Assembly (NCBI GenBank): GCA_965230295.1
Contig: OZ246001.1
Location: 3,872,001-3,936,000 of the forward strand
From: Marinicella sp.
Lineage (GTDB): Bacteria > Pseudomonadota > Gammaproteobacteria > Xanthomonadales > Marinicellaceae
Direction of reading: 5' to 3'
DNA: 64,000 nt
Both the position numbers and the translations under genes were made by a program. Position 1 is the first letter of the stretch; each line of letters begins with the position of its first letter. Positions 1 to 8,847 of the stretch are shown here, piece by piece. The notes under the pieces are model-generated. The model was not told the origin of the DNA, searched no databases, and saw only the letters and a program-made list of their open reading frames with translations.

Positions 1-1047
1 ACTCCAAAACAAGACTTTGGGCGGTTGTTTCAAATCACGGCCCGTGTGCCCAAAACTGACCCGAGCCATCATTCCCACAGTGATCAGAGAAAACCCTCCA
101 ATGGTTAAAAAATGTAAGGCCAAGTAATGAAAAGATTCATATACAACCGAACAAGCCAGAGACAGGAAACCTAAAACCATGAAGGCATAGCCTACATGCA
201 GCACCCAAACCAAAGGCTTCTGCCAAATTTGCTTGTCGTACCAACCCAACAATCGCCAACCATGAAGCAATGCATTCACTAGAGCCAACGACAAGATAGG
301 CCAGAACGACCAATTTTGATGCCTGAAAAAAGTCAGAAAGATAACCAATAATGAGTAAAATATAGGCCAGCTCAGTTCAATCCATGAATAGGTTCTGGCA
401 TGGTACCTAACTGTCACACCATTTTGACTGAACATGGGAAAAACCCGTCCTGCCATGACACCAATTAATAAAATGATGGTAAATAAGGCCAATTGAGTGG
501 CTTGTAACGCTTGCAAAGGGTGTTTCAACAACAAAGCCAAATGAGTCAATACATTCAAGCCCGTCAGGATTCCAATCACGCCAATCATTTTGTAATTGCG
601 GCGGTTGTTATTTTGAATCAAGGGTTTGGCCACGTAGTAAACCAAAAAAAGTCCAAATAAATTGTCAGTTAAGGCCATTAGCCAGGGTGGCACTTCAGGA
701 ATAAATGAACCCAATCGACCCAATAACCACAAGCCTACCAACAGCTTCAGGTGCCCCATTTGTGCAGTTTGAATGCCAGTCCAGTTCTTGATGGCCGTTA
801 ACAAAAATCCGGCAACCACAGCCAAACCATAACCAAACACCATTTCATGAACATGCCACAATGTCAGCCCATAATAACTGAGACCTGGCAAATGCCACCC
901 TTGCCTGATCATCAACCACAGCGGCATCACGATCAATGCATAAATGCAGGCGAAACAAAAAAATGGCCTGAAACCTGTGTGCCAGAAAGATTGATTGGGT
1001 CGCGTTTTTGGGTCAGTGTGTTGCACTTGCTTCAGCTGTATCTTCAT
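1..1047 (-). CDS. nnrS: NnrS family haem/Cu membrane protein (NO stress), 3'-truncated by window edge
   Basis: Manual translation (absent from ORF track): MKIQLKQ...GFRPFF...WHVHEMVFGYGLAVVAGFLLTA...GRVFPMF...LHVGYA...MMARVSFGHTGR, the characteristic NnrS motifs; frame open from ATG 1047 to position 1. Confidence 0.93.
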   Translation of the reverse strand, partial: MKIQLKQVQHTDPKTRPNQSFWHTGFRPFFCFACIYALIVMPLWLMIRQGWHLPGLSYYGLTLWHVHEMVFGYGLAVVAGFLLTAIKNWTGIQTAQMGHLKLLVGLWLLGRLGSFIPEVPPWLMALTDNLFGLFLVYYVAKPLIQNNNRRNYKMIGVIGILTGLNVLTHLALLLKHPLQALQATQLALFTIILLIGVMAGRVFPMFSQNGVTVRYHARTYSWIELSWPIFYSLLVIFLTFFRHQNWSFWPILSLALVNALLHGWRLLGWYDKQIWQKPLVWVLHVGYAFMVLGFLSLACSVVYESFHYLALHFLTIGGFSLITVGMMARVSFGHTGRDLKQPPKVLFWS

Positions 1048-1081
1048 ACAGCTAATTTATGTTGAATAATTCTCATCAGCA

Positions 1082-1095
1082 TTGATCCAGGTCAA
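1082..1095. promoter_or_regulatory. FNR/DNR/NnrR-type binding site upstream of nnrS
   Basis: TTGATccagGTCAA vs consensus TTGAT-N4-ATCAA; -10-like TAAATT on minus strand at 1059-1054. Confidence 0.75.
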
Positions 1096-1114
1096 TTACC
1101 TTGTGCCAAACATG

Positions 1115-1148
1115 AAAAACCCATCACTTTGAATGAAATGACGGGTTT
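1115..1148 (-). terminator. Rho-independent terminator of glnS
   Basis: Minus strand AAACCCGTCA...TGATGGGTTTTT hairpin with U-tract just after the glnS stop. Confidence 0.7.
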
Positions 1149-1184
1149 AAATTGACTGCATCAACAAACAATCGGCGATTGCTA

Positions 1185-2855
1185 TTAACTGGCATCTTGT
1201 TCCTGTTTGGCCCAGGAATCACGCATGGTCACCACTTGATTGAACACCGGTTTGTCCAGTTCATGTGTTTTATCTCTTTTAAAATAAGCGTTGCGTTCAA
1301 ACTGATAGACCACATCTTCATCATTCTCCACGATTCCAGGTTCTAGTAAAGCACCTGGGAGAATCTCTAAGGAAGCAGGGTTCACAGCATCCATGAAGTT
1401 TTCCATAGAAGCTGGCTTGGGGTGATTGAACAAGCGGTCATATAGACGCACCTCAATGGGTTCTGCATGAGCTGCTGAAATCCAATGGATGGTGCCTTTG
1501 ACTTTGCGTCCATCGGCGGTGCCACCTCTGCTTTCGGGGTCATAGGTACAGCGCAATTCAACCACATTGCCTGCTTCATCTTTGATGGCTTGTTGGCAGG
1601 TGATGTAATAAGCATGACGAAGACGCACTTCCCTACCCTCAGTGAGTCTGAAGAATTTGCGGTTGGCGTTTTCTTTGTAATCACTTTGCTCAACATAGAT
1701 TTCACGGCTGAAAGGTATTTCCCGAGAACCAAAACTTTTATCCTGTGGATGATTGGCACCCGTTAACATTTCTACTTGACCTTCTGGATAATTTTCAATC
1801 ACCACTTTCAATGGTTTCATCACACCCATGACTCGCGGTGCTGATTTATTCAGGTGATTCCTGATCACATCTTCCAACACGGTCATAGATATGACGGACT
1901 CTTTTTTACTGACACCCACCTGTTTGACAAAATCCCTGATCGCAGCGGCAGGATAACCTCGGCGTCTTAAGCCAGAAATGGTCGACATCCTTGGATCATC
2001 CCAGCCATCAACCACGCCATCTTGAACCAATTGATTCAAACGACGCTTTGAGGTCACCGTATAAGAAACATTCAAGCGAGAAAACTCTATTTGCTGTGGG
2101 TGACAGTCAATATCAATGTTATCCAGCACCCAATCATACAAGGGCCTGTGGTCTTCAAATTCAAGTGTACACAACGAGTGGGTGATGCCTTCAATCGCAT
2201 CAGAAATGCAATGGGTGAAATCATACATCGGATAGATACACCATTCATCACCCGTGTTGATGTGGTGTAAACGCCTGATGCGGTAAATCACAGGATCACG
2301 CATGTTGATGTTACCTGATTGCATGTCTATTTTTGCACGCAATACTTTCGCACCGTCAGCAAACTCACCTGACTTCATGGCTCTGAATAAACTCAGGTTT
2401 TCATCAACAGATCGATCTCGGTAAGGGCTGTTCACTCCTGGTCGATTGAAATCGCCCCTGGCTTCACGCATTTCCTCAGCTGTTTGGTCATCAACATAAG
2501 CCAACCCTTTTTCTATCAACTGTTCAGCATAGCCATACAGTTGGCCAAAATAGTCTGAGGCATGGAATTTATTGGTTTTCCAATCGAAACCCAACCACTT
2601 GATGTCTCGCTGAATGGCTTCGGCATATTCCTTGCTTTCTTTTTCCGGGTTGGTGTCATCAAAACGCAAATGACAAGTACCCTGATAATCGGCAGCCACT
2701 CCAAAATTCAAACAAATTGACTTGGCATGGCCAATGTGTAAGTAACCATTAGGCTCAGGTGGGAAACGGGTGATGACCTTGTCATGTTTTTTGGTTTCCA
2801 AATCTTCATCAATGATGTTGGTGATGAAGTTTTCAGTTACGTTTCTTTCTGTCAT
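1185..2855 (-). CDS. glnS: Glutamine--tRNA ligase
   Basis: [17 protein letters not shown] (HIGH), [11 protein letters not shown] and GWDDPRM motifs; 556 aa. Confidence 0.98.
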   Translation of the reverse strand: MTERNVTENFITNIIDEDLETKKHDKVITRFPPEPNGYLHIGHAKSICLNFGVAADYQGTCHLRFDDTNPEKESKEYAEAIQRDIKWLGFDWKTNKFHASDYFGQLYGYAEQLIEKGLAYVDDQTAEEMREARGDFNRPGVNSPYRDRSVDENLSLFRAMKSGEFADGAKVLRAKIDMQSGNINMRDPVIYRIRRLHHINTGDEWCIYPMYDFTHCISDAIEGITHSLCTLEFEDHRPLYDWVLDNIDIDCHPQQIEFSRLNVSYTVTSKRRLNQLVQDGVVDGWDDPRMSTISGLRRRGYPAAAIRDFVKQVGVSKKESVISMTVLEDVIRNHLNKSAPRVMGVMKPLKVVIENYPEGQVEMLTGANHPQDKSFGSREIPFSREIYVEQSDYKENANRKFFRLTEGREVRLRHAYYITCQQAIKDEAGNVVELRCTYDPESRGGTADGRKVKGTIHWISAAHAEPIEVRLYDRLFNHPKPASMENFMDAVNPASLEILPGALLEPGIVENDEDVVYQFERNAYFKRDKTHELDKPVFNQVVTMRDSWAKQEQDAS

Positions 2856-3002
2856 TTAAACTTCTGATTGTGTGATTAATGTAAGCGGTGTATTTTGACA
2901 GCAAAGTGATTAAAAATCGAGTCTGATTTCAAGCTATTCAATGAAACTCGGGCGAACCTGGTTTAAACTAATATGACAATAATTTTAAAAAGAGGAAATT
3001 AC

Positions 3003-5963
3003 ATGAAATCAAGAATAATAGTTTGCTTGTGTAGTGTCTTGATGTTGATGACAGCAGTCGCTGATGATGGTCAAGAACAACCCGCTGTTCAAGTAAACCC
3101 ACTTACCCCACAAATTAAAACGGTCCACAAGTTTGACATCTCATTGCCATTGAGAATGATGACACCAAAACCCATTGTTGCTCAAGATAAACGTGGTGGA
3201 TCAATGGTTGATTTTGGTCCAATCAGTAATGATGGTGATGCACCCTTCGTTCCTGACCAGGCATTGCAAAGTGAATTAGGACAACAACCAGGCCCGGTCT
3301 ATCAAAACGACTTTTTTGCTTTGGATAATATTTCTGGAGTTTCACCACCGGATCCAGCTGGAGATGTTGGCCCTAACCATTATGTGGCCATGACCAATTT
3401 ATCGTTTGTTGTGCTGGATAAGACCGGAGTCGTTCAATTTGGTCCAGCTGCTAATAACACAGTATGGACTGGCTTTGGTGGTGCCTGTGAAACTGAAAAT
3501 TCAGGAGACCCCATCGTGTTGTATGATCAAATCTCGGACCGTTGGTTGTTGTCTCAATTTACCTCGGCTGGTCCGCAATACTTTAACTGTGTGGCAGTAT
3601 CACAAACCGCCGACCCCACTGGTGCATATTACAGGTGGGCCATCCTTAACAACAATGGCCCAGGCAATGGTAACCAAGACTTGTTCCCTGACTACCCTAA
3701 ATACGGTGTATGGAGTGATGCTTTTTATATCTCTACTCGGGACTTTGATCGCAACGGTTCCGGTGCCTATGTCGGCGTGGGCGTTTACGCTTTGAATCGT
3801 GATGATTTAGTCAATGGTGTCCCTAATCCCACCACAATTTACTTCTTCGTTGACCGCTCCAGTGACCCTTGGCAAGTGGGTGATGGCTTGTTACCAGCAG
3901 ATATAGATGGGCCTACTCTACCCCCTCTTGGATCACCACAGTTTTTTGTTGGTACCATGGATGATGGTGGTCCGTATGGTGCCGCCAGTGATGCCATTTC
4001 GTTCTGGGAGTTTGATGCCGATTTTATCACGCCTGCCAACTCGTCATTTACCAGGACTGCAGTCATTCCAATGACGGCATATGATACCCAATTCCCATGT
4101 GGTGGCAGCAGGGCATGTATCGATCAACTGGGCACCAGCAATAAAATCGATATCCAGTCTTATCGCCAACGCCCATTACACCGATTGGCCTATAGAAATT
4201 TTGGCACCCATGAATCGTTGGTTACCAATCAATCAGTGGAAGCTGCTGCCGGTATTGGCGGCATTCGTTGGTGGGAAATTCGAGATCCAGATAATTCACC
4301 CAACATTTTCCAGGAAGGCACTTATGGACCTGGTGCCACCGATGGAATCAGTCGCTGGATGGGTTCAATAGCCCAAGATGCAGAAGGAAATATGGGGTTA
4401 GCCTACAGTGCATCCAGCTCAACCATCAATCCTGCCATCAGATTTACCGGACGCTTGGCTTCTGACAACTTGGGTGAAATGGATCGGACAGAAGGCACCA
4501 TCATAAATGGTACGGGTAGCCAAACCAACAGCCAAAGATGGGGTGACTACACTTCAACCAATATTGACCCAGTTGACGACTGCACATTCTGGCATGTCAA
4601 TGAATACTATGATAATAATGGCGGTGATTGGCAAATCCGTGTGGGCTCATTTAAGTTTGATGAGTGTGGTGTTCCAGGATTTCTCTTAACACCAGTGGAT
4701 CCATCAAAAGCCATTTGTGTCGGTGACGATACTTCATATGATATCAATGTCGGTTCAGTTGGCCAATACGATGGTGTTGTCACACTCAGCACGACGGGCG
4801 AGCCAGCTTCATCAACGGCTACATTCACCACCAACCCAGTACCTTCCTTACCTGGCAGTACAACCTTAAATATCACCAACACAGCCGCTGTTTCAAGCGG
4901 CGATTACATCATCAATGTATTGGGCACTTCCCCTACTGTTGATAATCAAAACACTGATTTGATGCTGAAAGTGTTTGCCACAACGCCAACGGCACCGGGA
5001 TTAGTTGCTCCAGCTGATGGCGCCATTAATCAGGACATCCAACCCAGCTTTAACTGGAGTGGCAGTGACACATTGGAATATACAGTGGAAGTGGCCACAG
5101 ACCCAGGATTTTCGAACATTGTCTTTTCAGACACCACAACAGGAACCACCATAGTACCCACCATTGAATTAGAAAATGCTACGGACTATTATTGGCGTGT
5201 AAGAGCTAACAACACTTGTGGTGATAGCACAAATTCTGATGTCTATACCTTTTCAACAATAATTGCACCTGGCGATTGTGCAGTCGATCAAGTAGCTGTT
5301 GAGCAATATGCCTACGGTTTCGAACAAGGCATTCTAGACTGGACTACTGAGAGTCTAGTGGCAGGTCCAGATGTTTGGGCCCCCAGCAGTGTCAATGTGG
5401 GATCTGGAAACACTTCCATGCTGGCAGTAGACATTTCCACAGTCACTGATCAAGTGCTGATCTCACCGCCCATTCAGTTACCAACGGATGAATTTCCAAT
5501 TTCATTGTCATTCTGGAATTTTCAAAATATCGAAGCCAACGATGGGACTGGTAGCCAAGCCTGTTGGGATGGTGGCATCCTCGAAATCAGTACCGATGGC
5601 GGTTCATCATTCAATCAAGTGCTCAGCGATTTGATTCTGACAGACCCATACAACGGTGGTGTGGTTTCTGGTCCCAACCCATTGTCTTCACTCAATGCAT
5701 GGTGTGCAGATGACATCGTACCAAGTACAGGCAATCAAGAGGATACGGTCACTGTCGATTTGAATGACTTTGCAGGTGAGACCGTACAATTCAGGTTCCG
5801 TTTAGGCACAGATGCCTTTGTAGGAGATGAAGGTTGGTATATTGATGATGTGCGTGTTCAAAGCTGTGTTCCAGATTTACCACCAGTCTGTGATCAAGCA
5901 CCACCATCCAATGATCCAGATGTAATATGGTTCAATGGGTTTCAGTGTGTAGCCGATAACTGA
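3003..5963 (+). CDS. Large secreted multidomain protein: signal peptide, uncharacterised PPDxxGxVGPNHY domain, Ig/FN3-like modules, beta-sandwich C-domain, C-terminal DVIWFNGF motif
   Basis: SD AGAGGA before ATG 3003; hydrophobic signal MKSRIIVCLCSVLMLMTAVA; FN3-like YYWRVRANNTCG; C-terminal FRFRLGTD...EGWYIDDVRV. Confidence 0.8.
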   Translation: MKSRIIVCLCSVLMLMTAVADDGQEQPAVQVNPLTPQIKTVHKFDISLPLRMMTPKPIVAQDKRGGSMVDFGPISNDGDAPFVPDQALQSELGQQPGPVYQNDFFALDNISGVSPPDPAGDVGPNHYVAMTNLSFVVLDKTGVVQFGPAANNTVWTGFGGACETENSGDPIVLYDQISDRWLLSQFTSAGPQYFNCVAVSQTADPTGAYYRWAILNNNGPGNGNQDLFPDYPKYGVWSDAFYISTRDFDRNGSGAYVGVGVYALNRDDLVNGVPNPTTIYFFVDRSSDPWQVGDGLLPADIDGPTLPPLGSPQFFVGTMDDGGPYGAASDAISFWEFDADFITPANSSFTRTAVIPMTAYDTQFPCGGSRACIDQLGTSNKIDIQSYRQRPLHRLAYRNFGTHESLVTNQSVEAAAGIGGIRWWEIRDPDNSPNIFQEGTYGPGATDGISRWMGSIAQDAEGNMGLAYSASSSTINPAIRFTGRLASDNLGEMDRTEGTIINGTGSQTNSQRWGDYTSTNIDPVDDCTFWHVNEYYDNNGGDWQIRVGSFKFDECGVPGFLLTPVDPSKAICVGDDTSYDINVGSVGQYDGVVTLSTTGEPASSTATFTTNPVPSLPGSTTLNITNTAAVSSGDYIINVLGTSPTVDNQNTDLMLKVFATTPTAPGLVAPADGAINQDIQPSFNWSGSDTLEYTVEVATDPGFSNIVFSDTTTGTTIVPTIELENATDYYWRVRANNTCGDSTNSDVYTFSTIIAPGDCAVDQVAVEQYAYGFEQGILDWTTESLVAGPDVWAPSSVNVGSGNTSMLAVDISTVTDQVLISPPIQLPTDEFPISLSFWNFQNIEANDGTGSQACWDGGILEISTDGGSSFNQVLSDLILTDPYNGGVVSGPNPLSSLNAWCADDIVPSTGNQEDTVTVDLNDFAGETVQFRFRLGTDAFVGDEGWYIDDVRVQSCVPDLPPVCDQAPPSNDPDVIWFNGFQCVADN

Positions 5964-5985
5964 ATAAATCAGTCATTGTAGAATC

Positions 5986-6017
5986 AAGGCCCTTGACAAT
6001 ATCAAGGGCCTTTTTTT
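5986..6017 (+). terminator. Rho-independent terminator between convergent genes
   Basis: AAGGCCCTTGA-caata-TCAAGGGCCTT followed by a T run. Confidence 0.85.
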
Positions 6018-6031
6018 AACATCTAAAAATA

Positions 6032-6814
6032 TTAAATGCTGAATAACTGACGATCCTCTAGTCGCATGGCTGTCAACTGACCACCCCAAACTTTACCCGT
6101 ATCTAAACAGGTAACACGTTGGTCTTGATAGAATCCCAGTGCCGACCAGTGACCAAAAATGATGTGTTGTTTTAATTGTTTTACGGGTGCCATTTCGAAC
6201 CAAGGTTTGAGGTATTTCATTTTTGATTGGCGGCGGTTTTGAGTGAAATTCAATGAGCCATCTGCTTTGACAAATCGCATGCGGGTACTGGCATTGATCA
6301 CAAACCTTGATTTGGCTACCTTATCTAAATCTTCAGACCACCTCTTAGGTGTGTTGCCATACATGGTAGCGAAAAACCATTTTGGATTTTCTAATAAATG
6401 TTGTTGGGTTTTATCGGCCAATTCTTTAAACTGTTCAACCGTCCACCACGGGAACAAACCTGCGTGGACGATCATGTCATTGCCACTTTCCAAATACAAG
6501 GGCCTGTTCAACAACCAACTGATTAACAAAGTTACATCTGATGCTTGAAAGATGGCCTTGAATTCAGCATTGGAGACTTTTTTAGCAGTAAAATATTTGC
6601 TCAACATACTTAAGTCATGGTTGCCTAAAACAGCATCGCAACAATGCTGGTATGCATAAATCCAGCGCAAGACATCCAATGATTGTCCACCTCTATTCAC
6701 CAAATCACCACAAAAAATAATTTTATCCCTGCTGGGATCAAATGAGATGGTTTTGACCAGTTGCATCAAAGGGTCGAAACAACCCTGTACATCGCCTACG
6801 ACATAAGTCGCCAT
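6032..6814 (-). CDS. apaH: Symmetrical bis(5'-nucleosyl)-tetraphosphatase
   Basis: MATYVVGDVQGC, GDLVNRG, LGNHD, FGHWSAL and LDTG metallophosphoesterase motifs. Confidence 0.95.
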   Translation of the reverse strand: MATYVVGDVQGCFDPLMQLVKTISFDPSRDKIIFCGDLVNRGGQSLDVLRWIYAYQHCCDAVLGNHDLSMLSKYFTAKKVSNAEFKAIFQASDVTLLISWLLNRPLYLESGNDMIVHAGLFPWWTVEQFKELADKTQQHLLENPKWFFATMYGNTPKRWSEDLDKVAKSRFVINASTRMRFVKADGSLNFTQNRRQSKMKYLKPWFEMAPVKQLKQHIIFGHWSALGFYQDQRVTCLDTGKVWGGQLTAMRLEDRQLFSI

Positions 6815-6819
6815 GTCAA

Positions 6820-7449
6820 TCAAACCCCATAAGTATTTCTATAAGCAGCCACTTTCGTCAAATTCTCAGTGTCGCCTTTGAGGTATTCAAACAAAGCATT
6901 CAAGTCAGCAATGCTGATTCTTGACAGGCCATGATCTTCTTGTAATTCTTGCATGGCAGACAACTCACCTTGCCCTCTTTCCTGACGATCCAATGCCACT
7001 GCTATGCCCACAGTATGCGCTCCTTCATTATTTATGATGTCGATCGACTCTCGCACGGAGGTACCAGCTGAGACCACATCATCAACGATCAGCACACGTC
7101 CCTGAACAGGCGCACCAATGAGTTGTCCTCCTTCACCATGTGACTTGGCTTCTTTGCGATTGAAAGCAACGGGTAAATTTTCAGCATACAAACGATACCA
7201 AGCTACAGCAATGGTGGTGGCCAATGGGATGCCTTTGTAAGCCGGACCATAGAGCATGTCGAACTGTAAACCTGAAGCTTTGATGGTTTTGGCATAAAAC
7301 TCTCCCAGTAATGCCAAAGACTGACCATCGTCGAACAGTCCCGCATTAAAAAAGTAAGGGCTGATGCGGCCAGATTTAAGGGTGAACTCACCAAACTTGA
7401 GTACCTGCTTGTTCACAGCTAAGGCTAAAAATTCTTGTGCAATGCTCAT
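6820..7449 (-). CDS. pyrE: Orotate phosphoribosyltransferase
   Basis: [47 protein letters not shown]. Confidence 0.98.
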   Translation of the reverse strand: MSIAQEFLALAVNKQVLKFGEFTLKSGRISPYFFNAGLFDDGQSLALLGEFYAKTIKASGLQFDMLYGPAYKGIPLATTIAVAWYRLYAENLPVAFNRKEAKSHGEGGQLIGAPVQGRVLIVDDVVSAGTSVRESIDIINNEGAHTVGIAVALDRQERGQGELSAMQELQEDHGLSRISIADLNALFEYLKGDTENLTKVAAYRNTYGV

Positions 7450-7514
7450 ATAATTGTCTGCTTTATTGGTGATGTTATCTTGCGAGAACTGCTGATTTTT
7501 TTCAACCCTTGAAG

Positions 7515-7523
7515 TGGTATAAT
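7515..7523 (+). promoter_or_regulatory. Extended -10 promoter of xth
   Basis: TGgTATAAT ending 27 nt upstream of ATG 7551. Confidence 0.6.
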
Positions 7524-7550
7524 TTGGTGTTTTTCAGCCACTGAATAACA

Positions 7551-8318
7551 ATGAAAATAATTACTCTGAACGCCAATGGTATTCGAGCTGCCCAGAAAAA
7601 AGGCATGTTTGAATGGTTCAAGAAACAACAAGCAGATATTTTGTGTATCCAGGAAACCAAGGCCCAGTTAGACCAACTTGACCCCAAATTATTCATCCCT
7701 CAGGGTTATCACCATTACCAGGCCGATGCCAGCAAAAAGGGCTACTCTGGCGTTTCCATATACAGTAAGCACCAGCCTCGTTCAGTTCAATATGGTATTG
7801 ATTGGCATGATTTTGATGATGAAGGGCGTTGGGTACAGGTTGATTTAGGACACTTGATTGTGGCTTCATTGTATTTGCCTTCAGGCTCTTCCAAAGAAAT
7901 TCGACAAGATTTTAAATACGTCTGCATGGAAAGACTTGAGCCGATTTTGCAACAATTGATTGATGGAGATAAGCCCTTTGTCATTTGTGGTGATTGGAAC
8001 ATTGCCCATAAGAAAATTGACATCAAAAACTGGCGTGGTAATCAGAAAAACTCTGGTTTCTTACCTGAAGAACGCGACTGGATGACCAAATTATTTGATG
8101 ACATGGGATTGGTAGATGCCTTTCGGGTCGTCGAACCAGGTGAAGAACAATACTCATGGTGGTCTAACCGTGGACAGGCATGGGCCAACAACACCGGATG
8201 GCGCATCGACTATCAAATCACTTCAAAATGCCTCAAAGACAAAGTTAAATCAGCCCACATATATAAAGAAGAGCGGTTCTCTGACCACGCTCCTGTGGTA
8301 GTTGAATACGAATTGTAA
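7551..8318 (+). CDS. xth: Exodeoxyribonuclease III / AP endonuclease (ExoA/Crc-like clade)
   Basis: NANGIRA, CIQETK, YLPSG, GDWNIAH, GWRIDY and SDHAP motifs. Confidence 0.92.
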   Translation: MKIITLNANGIRAAQKKGMFEWFKKQQADILCIQETKAQLDQLDPKLFIPQGYHHYQADASKKGYSGVSIYSKHQPRSVQYGIDWHDFDDEGRWVQVDLGHLIVASLYLPSGSSKEIRQDFKYVCMERLEPILQQLIDGDKPFVICGDWNIAHKKIDIKNWRGNQKNSGFLPEERDWMTKLFDDMGLVDAFRVVEPGEEQYSWWSNRGQAWANNTGWRIDYQITSKCLKDKVKSAHIYKEERFSDHAPVVVEYEL

Positions 8319-8323
8319 ATAAT

Positions 8324-8348
8324 AAAAGGGCTCTGGATAGAGCCCTTT
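8324..8348. terminator. Probable bidirectional terminator
   Basis: AAAGGGCTCT-ggat-AGAGCCCTTT between convergent genes. Confidence 0.8.
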
Positions 8349-8369
8349 GTGTTGCTTTAAAAAAATACC

Positions 8370-8750
8370 TTACTTTTTAATGGTGTCAATTTCATACCAC
8401 GGTGTCGGGTTGATGGGACACCTGAACCTAAACCCGTCAGTGGTAATTTCAACCCGAGAAGTGCGTGACTGATTAGGTTCCAATGGAAACATATCCAATT
8501 GTTCACGGGTTTTGTTGTTTTGTAATTGAAAGCCTACCAGTTTATTGGTCTTATTGGTCACCACAAACTCATAAGTTCCTGGTTTCAAACTGGCCAACGT
8601 TTCTTTGGCATCAAAATAACCACCGTATTGATCCAAATGGATGGTTGTTACCCCATCAACTTGCTTGGCCAATTCTGCTTGACCAGAAGTAGAGGCAGCC
8701 AAAGCCAATAAAAAAATCAATGTGATGAATGTGTTTTTTACATGTGTCAT
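8370..8750 (-). CDS. Small secreted cupredoxin-like protein (CPINPTPWY motif)
   Basis: Start set at MTHVK (8750), which gives a signal peptide; LKPGTYEFVVTN and FRFRCP pattern typical of cupredoxin-fold proteins. Confidence 0.65.
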   Translation of the reverse strand: MTHVKNTFITLIFLLALAASTSGQAELAKQVDGVTTIHLDQYGGYFDAKETLASLKPGTYEFVVTNKTNKLVGFQLQNNKTREQLDMFPLEPNQSRTSRVEITTDGFRFRCPINPTPWYEIDTIKK

Positions 8751-8847
8751 GGTTTTATTCCTATTAGTTTTAGTCAGTAAGTGTATTTTAGGCTCCCGTT
8801 TGATACGATACATGTCAATTAATCTTAATAAATAGCTTATTCGTCCA

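Noticed and set aside
847-1065. 72-aa plus-strand ORF
   Set aside because: Antisense shadow of nnrS, which occupies 1-1047 on the minus strand
1090-1108. TGGCAC on the minus strand as a possible sigma54 promoter of nnrS
   Set aside because: No TTGC at the required -12 spacing
5993-6005. TTGAC-aat-ATCAA resembling an FNR box
   Set aside because: 3-nt spacer, and it is the loop region of a terminator between convergent genes
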